Of a DNA stretch of 64,000 nt, positions 26,031 through 40,500 are shown in pieces. The notes beneath the pieces were generated by a model, which worked only from the letters and a program-made list of their open reading frames with translations, ran no database searches and was not told the origin of the DNA. The stretch covers positions 17,546,001 to 17,610,000 of the forward strand of contig OZ024766.1 in assembly GCA_964016885.1 (NCBI GenBank). Reading direction: 5' to 3'. The DNA comes from Eledone cirrhosa (Eukaryota). Every line of letters starts with the position of its first letter. The stretch's first letter is position 1. The translations under genes and the position numbers were made by a program.

Positions 26031-29000
26031 CATCATCATCATCATTTCATTTTTACGTCCACTTTTTCCCTGCTTGCAAGGGTGGGACGGGAACTGATTC
26101 TGGCCTGATTTCTACAGCTGGATGCCCTTCCTAACACCAACCTCATTTACAGTGAGTGCTGGGTGCTTTTTTGCCGTGGCACCTCCACGACCACTTTACA
26201 GTGAGTGCTGGGTCCTTTTTTGCCATGGCACCTCCACAACCACTTTACAGTGAGTGCTGGGTGCTTTTTTGCCGTGGCACCTCCACGACCACTCTACAGT
26301 GAGTGCTGGGTCCTTTTTTGCCATGGCACCTCCACAACCACTTTACAGTGAGTGCTGGGTGCTTTTTTACCGTGGCACCTCCACGACCACTTTACAGTGA
26401 GTGCTGGGTGCTTTTTTGCTGTGGCACCTCCACGACCCCTTTACAGTGAGTGCTGGGTCCTTTTTTGCCATGGCACCTCCACGACCCCTTTACAGTGAGT
26501 GCTGGGTCCTTTTTTGCCATGGCACCTCCACGACCACTTTACAGTGAGTGCTGGGTGCTTTTTTGCCGTGGCACCTCCACGACCACTTTACAGTGAGTGC
26601 TGGGTGCTTTTTTGCTGTGGCACCTCCACGACCCCTTTACAGTGAGTGCTGGGTCCTTTTTTGCCATGGCACCTCCACGACCACTTTACAGCGAGTGCTG
26701 GGTGCTTTTTTGCTGTGGCACCTCCACGACCCCTTTACAGTGAGTGCTGGGTCCTTTTTTGCCATGGCACCTCCACAACCACTTTACAGTGAGTGCTGGG
26801 TGCTTTTTTACCGTGGCACCTCCACGACCACTTTACAGTGAGTGCTGGGTGCTTTTTTGCTGTGGCACCTCCACGACCCCTTTACAGTGAGTGCTGGGTC
26901 CTTTTTTGCCATGGCACCTCCACGACCCCTTTACAGTGAGTGCTGGGTCCTTTTTTGCCATGGCACCTCCACGACCACTTTACAGTGAGTGCTGGGTGCT
27001 TTTTTGCTGTGGCACCTCCACGACCCCTTTACAGTGAGTGGTGGGTCCTTTTTTGCCATGGCACCTCCACGACCCCTTTACAGTGAGTGCTGGGTCCTTT
27101 TTTGCCATGGCACCTCCACGACCACTTTACAGTGAGTGCTGGGTGCTTTTTTGCTGTGGCACCTCCACGACCCCTTTACAGTGAGTGCTGGGTCCTTTTT
27201 TGCCATGGCACCTCCACGACCCCTTTACAGTGAGTGCTGGGTCCTTTTTTGCCATGGCACCTCCACGACCACTTTACAGTGAGTGCTGGGTGCTTTTTTG
27301 CTGTGGCACCTCCACGACCCCTTTACAGTGAGTGCTGGGTCCTTTTTTGCCGTGGCACGACCACTTTATAGCGAGTGCTGGGTCCTTTTTTGCCGTGGCA
27401 CCTCCACGACCACTTTACAGTGAGTGCTGGGTGCTTTTTTGCCGTGGCACCTCCACGACCACTTTACAGTGAGTGCTGGGTGCTTTTTTGCTGTGGCACC
27501 TCCACGACCACTTTACAGTGAGTGCTGGGTGCTTTTTTGCTGTGGCACCTCCACGACCCCTTTACAGTGAGTGCTGGGTGCTTTTTCGCCGTGGCACCTC
27601 TACGACCACTTTACAGTGAGTGCTGGGTGCTTTTTTGCTGTGGCACCTCCACGACCACTTTACAGTGAGGCCTGGGTGCTTTTTTGCCGTGGCACCTCCA
27701 CGACCACTTTACAGTGAGTGCTGGGTGCTTTTTTGCCGTGGCACCTCCACGACCACTTTACAGTGAGTGCTGGGTGCTTTTTTGCTGTGGCACCTCCACG
27801 ACCACTTTACAGTGAGTGCTGGGTGCTTTTTTGTCGTGGCACCTCCACGACCACTTTACAGTGAGTGCTGGGTGCTTTTTTGCCGTGGCACCTCCACGAC
27901 CACTTTGCAGTGTGGACTGGGTGCTTTTTCGCCGTGGCACCTCTACGACCACTTTACAGTGAGTGCTGGGTGCTTTTTTGCTGTGGCACCTCCACGACCA
28001 CTTTACAGTGAGTGCTGGGTCCTTTTTTGCCGTGGCACCTCCACGACCACTTTACAGTGAGTGCTGGGTGCTTTTTTGCCGTGGCACCTCCACGACCACT
28101 TTACAGTGAGTGCTGGGTGCTTTTTTGCTGTGGCACCTCCACGACCACTTTACAGTGAGTGCTGGGTGCTTTTTTGTCGTGGCACCTCCACGACCACTTT
28201 ACAGTGAGTGCTGGGTGCTTTTTTGCCGTGGCACCTCCACGACCACTTTGCAGTGTGGACTGGGTGCTTTTTCGCCGTGGCACCTCTACGACCACTTTAC
28301 AGTGAGTGCTGGGTGCTTTTTTGCTGTGGCACCTCCACGACCACTTTACAGTGAGTGCTGGGTCCTTTTTTGCCGTGGCACCTCCACGACCACTTTACAG
28401 TGAGTGCTGGGTGCTTTTTTGCCGTGGCACCTCCACGACCACTTTACAGTGAGTGCTGGGTGCTTTTTTGCTGTGGCACCTCCACGACCACTTTACAGTG
28501 AGTGCTGGGTGCTTTTTTGTCGTGGCACCTCCACGACCACTTTACAGTGAGTGCTGGGTGCTTTTTTGCCGTGGCACCTCCACGACCACTTTGCAGTGTG
28601 GACTGGGTGCTTTTTCGCCGTGGCACCTCTACGACCACTTTACAGTGAGTGCTGGGTGCTTTTTACCGTGGCACCTCCACGACCAGTCAGAGAAAAACTG
28701 CCTCAGTGCATACATGTGTGCATGCATGCAGGTATGTGTTTAGGATATTTATGTATTTCAAAAATTCAAATTATAAAAATTTGTTGAAAATATTATGAAG
28801 GGAATGTATAAACAACACTAATGTTGATGTAGTAAATGTAGAAAAACAGTGCTGGGTGCTTTTTTGCTGTGGCACCTCCACGACCACTTTGCAGTGGAAT
28901 GATAGGGACCCCAGTCCCTATCATCTCATTTCTGCAGCTGAGTAAACTGGAGCAATGTGAAATAAAGTGTCTTGCTCAAGGAAACAACACATCACCCGGT

Positions 29001-29068
29001 CTGAGAATTGAACTCACAACTTTTCGATTGCAAGGCTAAATGCTCTAACCACTAAGCCATGTGCCTCT
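26031..29068 (-). mobile_element. SINE family A inflated by about 52 copies of its 49-bp internal unit (26140-28685)
   Basis: Tail at 26031, tRNA head at ~28890-29068; 343-bp periodicity shown by identical ORFs at 27767, 28110 and a near-identical one at 28453. Confidence 0.93.
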
Positions 29069-29264
29069 AAAAGCAAATCAGGGAATAACAGTGTAAAAGA
29101 ACGTGTCGTTTAACAAACACATCGCGTCTCTGTCAAGCCAGTAGTATGAATACTGTTATCGACAGTAGAAATAGCAGCCGAGTCCTTTCAACATAAAAAG
29201 CTCCACTACCAGAATATTTAGGCGCCTGTAATTGTTTTATGTGTTTATTTTATATATATATATA

Positions 29265-29457
29265 CTAGCAGACTTACCCGGCGTTGCCCGGGGTTTGAAA
29301 TGCAACAAAGAATAAACAAGAAACAAACGATAATATTAGTGATTTATCTTCAAATGAATCTGATGTTTATATTTCTGTCAATAAAGTTGGGTTATCTCCC
29401 TTTTTTATAAGGATTGTCAATAAAGTTGGTTATCTCCCTTACATTAATTTTGATATC

Positions 29458-29490
<33 letters not shown>

Positions 29491-29654
29491 TGCTCAACGA
29501 GGGTCAATTTGAAAAATGTTTGATGTGACAATCTTAGCGACCTGTGCAACGTGCACAGAAAATTTGGTCAAATTCAGTTGGTAGCTGTGAAAGCCTTATG
29601 CATGCAAAGTCGTACACAGACAAACACACATCCTCGCTTTTATATATATAAAGA
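29265..29654 (-). mobile_element. Non-autonomous Helitron
   Basis: The minus strand starts A|TCTTTATATATATAAAA and ends with hairpin cccgggcaacgccggg ~8 nt before CTAG|T. Confidence 0.8.
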
Positions 29655-29910
29655 TACAAAGATATATATTAATCAATTTTTTTTTTTTATTTGATGTTAA
29701 TAAATGCTCCGATTTATTCCTTAGAATCTTTGAGCTTATTCTACAGATTGTATGGCACATATTTGTATTACATTTCAACATGTAATGTTTTCATCATCAT
29801 CATCATCGTTTAACGTCCATTTTTCCACGCTAGCGTGGGTTCTACTATTAAATCTATCTCTGCTTCTAAAGTATTCTCTATTATCTCATACTGTTTCTTT
29901 TTCATTTCAG

Positions 29911-30157
29911 GATATCGGATGACAGTGGGATAAATTATTATTTTCAATCTTGGATACATACATCACCTATATTTATCATCATTTCAAGAACTGATGTAAC
30001 GCTGTTTATATAAATTTATGGAAGAATTACTGTGAAATATTTCCTCAGAACTGAGTTTATTGGCAAAATTTCTCTTTTACACTCACTGGAATTTTTACAA
30101 GATGATTTTGAATTTGAACTAAACTTGGATGACAAAGAATTTTGCATCATCTTCAGA
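29911..30157 (+). pseudogene. Possible decayed exon of a C2H2 zinc-finger gene (acidic N-terminal part)
   Basis: Strong acceptor tttctttttcatttcag|G; acidic peptide LEFLQDDFEFELNLDDKEFCIIFR; interrupted by a SINE fragment at 30160-30470. The family assignment is inferred. Confidence 0.4.
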
Positions 30158-30522
30158 TAAAAAGCACCCAGTACACACTGTAAAGTGGTTGTGTTGGGTG
30201 TCATGACAAAAAGCACTCTGTACACACTGTAAAGTTGTTGTGTGGGTGTCACGACAAAAAAGCACTCTGTACACAAAGTAAGGTGGTTATGTGGGTGTCG
30301 CGACAAAAAGCACCCTGTACACACTGTAAAGTGATTGTGTGGGTGTTGGGTGTCGCGACAAAAAGCACTCTGTACACACTGTCACCCGACCCAACTTGCC
30401 TCAAATGCGACGACCTGTCTAACCCATGCTAGCATGGAAAATGGACGTTAAACGGTGGTGATGGGGATGAAAAGTACTACAACGAAAACGCCTGTATATT
30501 CTGTCAAGAAAAAAACAAAACA

Positions 30523-31606
30523 TCATGGAACATAAATTAAGAATGATTGTGAAACCCTGTTTATTATATTAGATAACCTTTAGCACACTCTAGGTGCCTT
30601 GTAGGGTAAAGTAAAGACTTCTTCGGGCACAACCATGGGTTATCATGGGACATAAATTAAGAATGAATGTGAAATACTGTTTATTATATTAGATAACCTT
30701 TAGCACACTCTAGGTGCCTTGTAGGGTAAAGTAAAGACTTCTTCGAGCACGACCATGGGTTATCATGGAACATAAATTAAGAATGAATGTGAAATACTGT
30801 TTATTATATTAGATAACCTTTAGCACACTCTAGGTGCCTTGTAGGGTAAAGTAAAGACTTCTTCGAGCACGACCATGGGTTATCATGGGACATAAATTAA
30901 GAATGAATGTGAAATACTGTTTATTATATTAGATAACCTTTAGCACACTCTAGGTGCCTTGTAGGGTAAAGTAAAGACTTCTTCGAGCACGACCATGGGT
31001 TATCATGGGACATAAATTAAGAATGAATGTGAAATACTGTTTATTATATTAGATAACCTTTAGCACACTCTAGGTGCCTTGTAGGGTAAAGTAAAGACTT
31101 CTTCGAGCACGACCATGGGTTATCATGGAACATAAATTAAGAATGAATGTGAAATACTGTTTATTATATTAGATAACCTTTAGCACACTCTAGGTGCCTT
31201 GTAGGGTAAAGTAAAGTAAAGACTTCTTTGGGCACGACCATGGGTTATCATGGAACATAAATTAAGAATGAATGTGAAATACTGTTTATTATATTAGATA
31301 ACCTTTAGCAGACTCTAGGTGCCTTGTAGGGTAAAGTAAAGACTTCTTCGGGCACGACCATGGGTTATCATGGAACATAAATTAAGAATGAATGTGAAAT
31401 ACTGTTTATTATATTAGATAACCTTTAGCAGACTCTAGGTGCCTTGTAGGGTAAAGTAAAGACTTCTTCGAGCACGACCATGGGTTATCATGGAACATAA
31501 ATTAAGAATGAATGTGAAACCCTGTTTATTATATTAGATAACCTTTAGCACACTCTAGGTGCCTTGTAGGGTAAAGTAAAGACTTCTTCGGGCACAACCA
31601 TGGGTT
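30523..31606. repeat. 120-bp tandem array (9 copies) spanning a SINE tail/flank junction
   Basis: Exact 120-bp periodicity (lines at 30661, 30781, 30901, 31021 and 31141 are identical); the last unit runs into the SINE body. Confidence 0.95.
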
Positions 31607-32335
31607 CTGCACATAGAAAGTTGCTCTCTGAGACACAAGTCTGGGCTAGGTTGTTTGTGGAAGACCAGCAATTGCCCAAGTATACCAGTCTACGCTCTCC
31701 ACGCCACTGATGTTGCCCACGGGAAAAGCAATGGCTGATACAGCTTGGCACCAGTGACATATACACTATATATATACAGTATATATATTATATATACACT
31801 GTGTACAATATATATATACACATTGTATATTGTTGTCAAAAGGAAATGGCTGATACAGCTTGACACCAGTAACATATGTACTATATACACACAGTATATA
31901 TACACTTTATATATTATATATACACTGTGTACAATACAGTATATAAACACTATATATATTATATATACACTGTGTACAATATATATATATACACATTGTA
32001 TATTATGTTGTCAAAAGGAAATGGCTGATACAGCTTGACACCAGTAACATATATACTATATACACACAGTATATATACACTTTATATATTATATATACAC
32101 AGTGTACAATACAGTATATATACACTATATATATTATATATACACATTGTATATGATGTTGTCGAAAGGAAATGGCTGATACAGCTTGACACCAGTAACA
32201 TCACAACTCATTTCTACAGCTGAGTAAATTGGAACAACGTGAAATAAAATGTCTTGCTCAAGGAAACAACACATCACCCGGTCCGAGAAATGAACTCACA
32301 ACCTCGCGATTACCAGCCAGACGTCACTAAGCTAT
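31560..32335 (-). mobile_element. tRNA-headed SINE (same head as family A, different tail) with internal tandem duplications
   Basis: Head ...gagttcatttctcggaccgggtgatgtgttgtttccttgagcaagaca; aatggctgatacagcttg repeated 4 times between 31730 and 32200. Confidence 0.75.
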
Positions 32336-32619
32336 GCTCCAAAAGAGTGATCTACCCTTAATACAGTGACAAGGAAAATAATTCATTAAAACATTCAGCA
32401 TGTTGAAGGTTAATTAACCTGTCTCGGCAATAACTCACCACAGACATCACAACAATATGGCTTCTGGCCTGAAAGTATACGCTTGTGTTTACTTAAAGTA
32501 CTTGTTCCAGAGAAATATTTATTAGATATCAACCATGTCACTTCACTCCTGTATGTATATGTTTGTGTTTAATGAAGTTTCCTTTTACAGAGAATGATTT
32601 ACCGCAGACATCACAGTGA

Positions 32620-33750
32620 TATGGTTCCTCTCTAGTATATATTGTTGTTTGTATAGTTAATTTAGCATTTAAAGAGAATGATTTACCACAGAGATAGTGG
32701 TATGGTTCCTCTCTAGTATATAGTGTTGTTTGTATAGTTAATTTAGCATTTAAAGAGAATGATTTATCACAGACACAGTGGTATGGTTCCTCTCTAATAT
32801 ATATTGTTGTTTGTTTAGTTAATTTAGCATTTAAAGAGAACGATTTACCACAGAGATAGTGGTATGGTTGCTCTCTAATATATATTGTTGTTTGTTTAGT
32901 TAATTTAGCATTTAAAGAGAATGATTTATCACAGACACAGTGGTATGGTTCCTCTCTAATATATATTGTTGTTTGTTTAGTTAATTTAGCATTTAAAGAG
33001 AACGATTTTCCACAGAGATAGTGGTATGGTTGCTCTCTAATATATATTGTTGTTTGTTTAGTTAATTTAGCATTTAAAGAGAATGATTTACCACAGACAC
33101 AGTGTTATGGTTCCTCTCTAATATATATTGTTGTTTGTATAGTTAATTTAGCATTTAAAGAGAATGATTTACCACAGACACAGTGGTATGGTTGCTCTCT
33201 AATATATATTGTTGTTTGTTTAGTTAATTTAGCATTTAAAGAGAACGATTTACCACAGAGATAGTGGTATGGTTGCTCTCTAATATATATTGTTGTTTGT
33301 TTAGTTAATTTAGCATTTAAAGAGAACGATTTACCACAGACACAGTGGTATGGTTCCTCTCTAATATATATTGTTGTTTGTATAGTTAATTTAGCATTTA
33401 AAGAGAATGATTTACCACAGACACAGTGGTATGGTTGCTCTCTAATATATATTGTTGTTTGTATAGTTAATTTAGCATTTAAAGAGAATGATTTACCACA
33501 GAGATAGTGGTATGGTTCCTCTCTAGTATATAGTGTTGTTTGTATAGTTAATTTAGCATTTAAAAAGAATGATTTACCACAGAGATAGTGGTATGGTTCC
33601 TCTCTAGTATATATTGTTGTTTGTTTAGTTAATTTAGCATTTAAAGAGAATGATTTACCACAGACAAAGTGGTATGGTTGCTCTCTAATATATATTGTTG
33701 TTTGTTTAGTTAATTTAGCATTTAAAGAGAACGATTTACCACAGACATAG
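32620..33750 (-). repeat. 81-bp satellite (about 14 copies) made from one degenerate zinc finger
   Basis: The unit translates SFSLNAKLTKQTTIYIREEPYHCVCGK (27 aa). Confidence 0.9.
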
Positions 33751-34025
33751 TGGTATCACTTCTTTCCTTTATGTATTTGTTTGTGTTTAATGAAGCTTCT
33801 TTTTACAGACAATGATTCACAGCAGACATCACAGTGATATGGTTCCTCTTTAGTATATCTATATATATCTTTGTTTGTGTAGTTAATTTAGCATCTAAAG
33901 GGAATGATTTACTTAAAAAACCAGAGTGATGGGGGCGGGGGCTCCCTCACTATGTTTGTGTGTAGTTAAAGAAACTTTTACAGACGATGATTTACCACAG
34001 ACATCAACCTTGCAAACAGGGAAAA

Positions 34026-34862
34026 TCATCGTCATCATCATCATCTTTTACATCCACTTTTCCCTGCTTGCAAGGGTGGGACAGGAACTGATTCTGGCTA
34101 GATTTCTACAGCTGGATGCCCTTCCTAACACCAACCTCATTTACAGTGAGTGCTGGGTGCTTTTTTTGCCGTGGCACCTCCACGACCACTTTACAGTGAG
34201 TGCTGGGTGCTTTTTTGCTGTGGCACCTCCACGACCACTTTACAGTGAGTGCTGGGTGCTTTTTTGTCGTGGCACCTCCACGACTACTTTACAGTGAGTG
34301 CTGGGTGCTTTTTTGTCGTGGCACCTCCACGACTACTTTACAGTGAGTGCTGGGTGCTTTTTTGTCGTGGCACCTCCACGACCACTTTACAGTGAGTGCT
34401 GGGTGCTTTTTTGTCGTGGCACCTCCACGACCACTTTACAGTAAGTGCTGGGTGCTTTTTTTGCTGTGGCACCTCCACGACCACTTTACAGTGAGTGCTG
34501 GGTGCTTTTTTGCCGTGGCACCTCCACAACCACTTTACAGTGAGTGCTGGGTGCTTTTTTTGCCGTGGCACCTCCACAACCACTTTACAGTGAGTGCTGG
34601 GTGCTTTTTTTGCCGTGGCACCTCCACAACCACTTTACAGTGAGTGCTGGGTGCTTTTTTTGCCGTGGCACCTCCACGTCCACTTTGCAGTGGAATGATA
34701 GGGACCCCAGTCCCTATCATCTCATTTCTACAGCTGAGTAAACTGGAGCAACGTGAAATAAAGTGTCTTGCTCAAGGACGCAACACACCACCCGGCCTGA
34801 GAATTGAACTCACAACCTTTCGATTGCAGCCAATGCTCTAACCACTAAGCCATGTGCCTCCA
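34026..34862 (-). mobile_element. SINE family A with about 11 copies of the 49-bp unit
   Basis: Full tail-array-head structure. Confidence 0.92.
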
Positions 34863-35047
34863 CCGGAAAAGCGGACGTAAAATGATGATGATGACAAAGA
34901 GGGCGAAATGGTTCTTTTCTAGTGTGTACGTTTGTGCGTAGTTAACGTAGTATTTAAAGGGAATGATTTACTTGAAATATCACAGTGATGAAGTTACTTT
35001 TCAGTATGTATAAGCTTGCATGTTGTTAAAGAGACTTTGAAAAAGCA

Positions 35048-35228
35048 TTGGCACTATCAGTAGAGGGTCGGACGCCATGCTTTGACGCATAGAGTTACGG
35101 CCCTTGCTATTCTGAGTTCAAATCCCGCCGAGGTTAACTTTGTCTTTCATCCTTACGGGGTTGATAAAATAAAGTACCAGTAATGTACTGGGATAATTGC
35201 TGGCCTTGTGCCAAAAGTAGAAACAATT
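35048..35228 (+). mobile_element. tRNA-derived SINE family B
   Basis: B box gagttcaaatcccgccgaggttaactttg...; tail ggccttgtgccaaaagtagaaacaatta. Confidence 0.85.
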
Positions 35229-35629
35229 AAATGATTTAGTACAGCTATCACAGTGATGGAGTTCCTTTCCAGTATGTCTAAGCTTGTGTAGTTAAGCTAG
35301 CTTAGAGAATGATTTACCCTTAACAGATCACAGTGATGGGGTTCCTCTCTAGTATGTAAGTGTTTGCATGTAGTTAATGTAGCATTTAAAGAGCTTTAAA
35401 TGATTTCCCACGGCCATCAATGATATCACTTGTTGCCTGTACATATACGTTTGTGCTTAGTTAAACTGCATGTTTCACCAAATATTACACCATGGCTGGC
35501 ACACCGACAATTCAGCACAAAGACAATTAGCGCAAGGAAGCAAATACAAGGACGATTGAAGAAAAGGAATAACGAAATTAGATTTTGAGTTTAAACATTT
35601 TATTGATAGACAATAATTAAAATAAAAGG

Positions 35630-37543
35630 AAAAAAATGAAACGAAATTTCATTTCTCACTCTTAGAACGGCTGTTACTTAAATATAAACAACGTATACCT
35701 TCCTGCCAGATTGTTGAACGTATATACTTACCTTGTGCATATTAGCAACTGAGTAGCCCAATTTGCATATCGAGTGGGTTAATCGGCTGGGTGCACCGAA
35801 AATGGGTTCACCGAAAAAAATATAATTTTTGGCATGGTACTGTGATTAATTTCATCAAGTGGATTTTAGGTAACACTTTATCAATTACCTTAGATTTATT
35901 TTCACTAATATCAGTCTTTTGTAGTGGGAACACCACTTCATCCCCACCATATGCTACTTGGGGGAACTGTGTACTTATAATTTGGTCTTCTACAATATCT
36001 ATTTATGCTGCCTCTATTGTTTGTCTCTTCTTCTACAACTGGTTGTGTATATATGTGTGTGTGTGTATATGAATGTAATTCCAAACAGCTTCACAATTTA
36101 AAGATTTTTCAGATAAGTTTACCAAATCTAAAATGAAATATAGGAAAAAAAGAAATATTGATTAACGGGAAAAATGAAACGAAATTTCATTTCCCACTCT
36201 TAGTACGGCTGTTACTTAAATATAAGTATGTACACGTACATACATATATGTATACAGACGTACAGTAGTATGTATATATATATACATAGATGCACACATA
36301 TATATATGTACGTATGGATTCACCGAACATTTATTATAATGCTCGGTGTGTTTGTAAACAAACATCCCGCATGAAGCTGTAGTGTCTAGCAACCATCGTT
36401 GCTCGTTTGTTCAACACTGACAAAGGAACGCTGTACTAGTTTCAATCTTATTAGCTATCGTCAGCAACGTATACTTTCCTGCCAGATTGTTGAACGTATA
36501 TACTTACCTTATGCATATTAACTGAGTAGCCCAATTTGCATATCGAGTGGGTTAATCGGCTGGGTTCACCGAAAAAAATATAATTTTTGGCATGGTAGTG
36601 TGATTAATTTCTTCAGGTGGATTTTAGGTAACACTTTATCAATTAATTTATATTTATTTTCACAGTCTTTTGTAGTGGAAACACCACTTCATCCCCACCA
36701 TATGCTACTTGGGGGAACTGTGTACTTATAATTTGGTCTTCTACAATATCTATTTATGCTGCCTCTATTGTTTGTCTCTTCTTCTACAACTGGTTATATA
36801 TATATGTGTGTGTGTGTATATGAATGTAATTCCAAACAGCTTCACAATTTCAAGATTTTTCAGATAAGTCTACCAAATCTAAAATGAAATATAGGAAAAA
36901 AAGAAATATTGATTAACGGAAAAAATGAAACGAAATTTCATTTCCCACTCTTAGTACGGCTGTTACTTAAATATAAGTATGTACACGTACATACATATAT
37001 GTATACAGACGTACAGTAGTACGTATATATATATACATACATGTACACATATATATATGTACGTATGGATTCACCGAACATTTATTATAATGCTCGGTGT
37101 GTTTGTAAACAAACATCCCGCATGAAGCCGTAGTGTCTAGCAACCATCGTTGCTCATTTGTTCAACACTGACAAAGGAACGCTGTACTAGTTTCAAGCTT
37201 ATTAGCTATCGTCAGCAACGTATACTTTCCTGCCAGATTGTTGAACGTATATACTTACCTTATGCATATTAACTGAGTAGCCCAATTTGCATATCGAGTG
37301 GGTTAATCGGCTGGGTTCACCGAAAAAAATATAATTTTTGGCATGGTAGTGTGATTAATTTCTTCAGGTGGATTTTAGGTAACACTTTATCAATTAATTT
37401 ATATTTATTTTCAGTCTTTTGTAGTGGAAACACCACTTCATCCCCACCATATGCTACTTGGGGGAACTGTGTACTTATAATTTGGTCTTCTACAATATCT
37501 ATTTATGCTGCATCCATTGTTTGTCTCTACTTCTACAACTGGT

Positions 37544-37576
<33 letters not shown>

Positions 37577-40500
37577 ATATGAATGTAATTCCAAACAGCT
37601 TCATAATTTCAAGATTTTTCAGATAAGTCTACCAAATCTAAAATGAAATATAGGAAAAAAAGAAATATTGATTAACGGAAAAAATGAAACGGAATTTCAT
37701 TTCCCACTCTTAGTACGGCTGTTACTTAAATATAAGTATGTACACGTACATACATATATGTATACAGACGTACAGTAGTATGTATATATATATACATACA
37801 TGCACACATATATATATGTACGTATGGATTCACCGAACATTTATTATAATGCTCGGTGTGTTTGTAAACAAACATCCCGCATGAAGCCGTTGTGTCTAGC
37901 AACCACCGTTGCTCGTTTGTTCAACACTGACAAAGGAACGCTGTACTAGTTTCAAGCTTATTAGCTATCGTCAGCAACGTATACTTTCCTGCCAGATTGT
38001 TGAACGTATATACTTACCTTATGCATATTAACTGAGTAGCCCAATTTGCATATCGAGTAGGTTAATCGGCTGGGTTCACCGAAAAAAATATAATTTTTGG
38101 CATGGTAGTGTGATTAATTTCTTCAGGTGGATTTTAGGTAACACTTTATCAATTAATTTATATTTATTTTCACAGTCTTTTGTAGTGGAAACACCACTTC
38201 ATCCCCACCATATGCTACTTGGGGGAACTGTGTACTTATAATTTGGTCTTCTACAATATCTATTTATGCTGCATCCATTGTTTGTCTCTACTTCTACAAC
38301 TGGTTATATATATATGTGTGTGTGTGTATATGAATGTAATTCCAAACAGCTTCACAATTTCAAGATTTTTCAGATAAGTCTACCAAATCTAAAAGGAAAT
38401 ATAGGAAAAAAATAAATATTGATTAACGGGAAAAATGAAACGAAATTTCATTTCCCACTCTTAGTACGGCTGTTACTTAAATATAAGTATGTACACGTAC
38501 ATATATATATGTATACAGACGTACAGTAGTATGTATATATATATACATAGATGCACACATATATATATGTACGTATGGATTCACCGAACATTTATTATAA
38601 TGCTCGGTGTGTTTGTAAACAAACATCCCGCATGAAGCCGTAGTGTCTAGCAACCATCGTTGCTCGTTTGTTCAACACTGACAAAGGAACGCTGTACTAG
38701 TTTCAAGCTTATTAGCTATCGTCAGCAACGTATACTTTCCTGCCAGATTGTTGAACGTATATACTTACCTTAAGCATATAAACAACTGAGTAGCCCAATT
38801 TGCATATCGAGTGGGTTAATCGGCTGGGTGCACTGAAAATGGGTTCACCGAAAAAAATATAATTTTTGGCATGGTAGTGTGATTAATTTCATCAAGTGGA
38901 TTTTAGGTAACACTTTATCAATTACCTTAGATTTATTTTCACAGTCTTTTGTAGTGGAAACACCACTTCATCCCCACCATATGCTACTTGGGGGAACTGT
39001 GTACTTATAATTTGGTCTTCTACAATATCTATTTATGCTGCATCCATTGTTTGTCTCTACTTCTACAACTGGTTATATATATATGTGTGTGTGTATATAT
39101 GTATGTAATTCCAAACAGCTTCATAATTTAAAGATTTTTCAGATAAGTTTACCAAATCTAAAATGAAATATAGGAAAAAAAGAAATATTGATTAACGGAA
39201 AAAATGAAACGAAATTTCATTTCCCACTCTTAGTACGGCTGTTACTTAAATATAAGTATGTACACGTACATACATATATGTATACAGACGTACAGTAGTA
39301 CGTATATATATATACATACATGTACACATATATATATGTACGTATGGACTCACCGAACATTTATTATAATGCTCGGTGTGTTTGTAAACAAGCATCCCGC
39401 ATGAAGCCGTAGTGTCTAGCAACCATCGTTGCTCGTTTGTTCAACACTGACAAAGGAACGCTGTACTAGTTTCAAGCTTATTAGCTATCGTCAGCAACGT
39501 ATACTTTCCTGCCAGATTGTTGAACATATATACTTACCTTATGCATATTAACTGAGTAGCCCAATTTGCATATCGAGTGGGTTGATCGGCTGGGTGCACT
39601 GAAAATGGGTTCACCGAAAAAAATATAATTTTTGTCATGGTAGTGTGATTAATTTCTTCAAGTGGATTTTAGGTAACACTTTATCAATTACCTTAGATTT
39701 ATTTTCACAGTCTTTTGTAGTGGAAACACCACTTCATCCCCACCATATGCTACTTGGGGGAACTGTGTACTTATAATTTGGTCTTCTACAATATCTATTT
39801 ATGCTGCCTCTATTGTTTGTCTCTTCTTCTACAACTGGTTATATATATATGTGTGTGTGTGTATATATGTGTGTGTGTGTGTGTGTATATGAATGTAATT
39901 CCAAACAGCTTCACAATTTAAAGATTTTTCAGATAAGTCTACCAAATCTAAAATGAAATATAGGAAAAAAAGAAATATTGATTAACGGAAAAAATGAAAC
40001 GAAATTTCATTTCCCACTCTTAGTACGGCTGTTACTTAAATATAAGTATGTACATGTACATACATATATGTATACAGACGTACAGTAGTATGTATATATA
40101 TATACATACATGCACACATATATATATGTACGTATGGATTCACCGAACATTTATTATAATGCTCGGTGTGTTTGTAAACAAACATCCCGCATGAAGCCGT
40201 TGTGTCTAGCAACCATCGTTGCTCGTTTGTTCAACACTGACAAAGGAACGCTGTACTAGTTTCAAGCTTATTAGCTATCGTCAGCAACGTATACTTTCCT
40301 GCCAGATTGTTGAACGTATATACTTACCTTAAGCATATTAACAACTGAGTAGCCCAATTTGCATATCGAGTGGGTTAATCGGCTGGGTTCACCGAAAAAA
40401 ATATAATTTTTGGCATGGTACTGTGATTAATTTCTTCAGGTGGATTTTAGGTAACACTTTATTAATTATTTCAGATTTATTTTCAGTCTTTTGTAGTGGA

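Larger units (their letters stand above)
32430..35470 (-). pseudogene. Decayed C2H2 zinc-finger array interrupted by SINEs
   Basis: Repeated minus-strand REEPYHCDVCGKSFS / LTKHKRI-like motifs with frameshifts and lost His/Cys. Confidence 0.8.
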
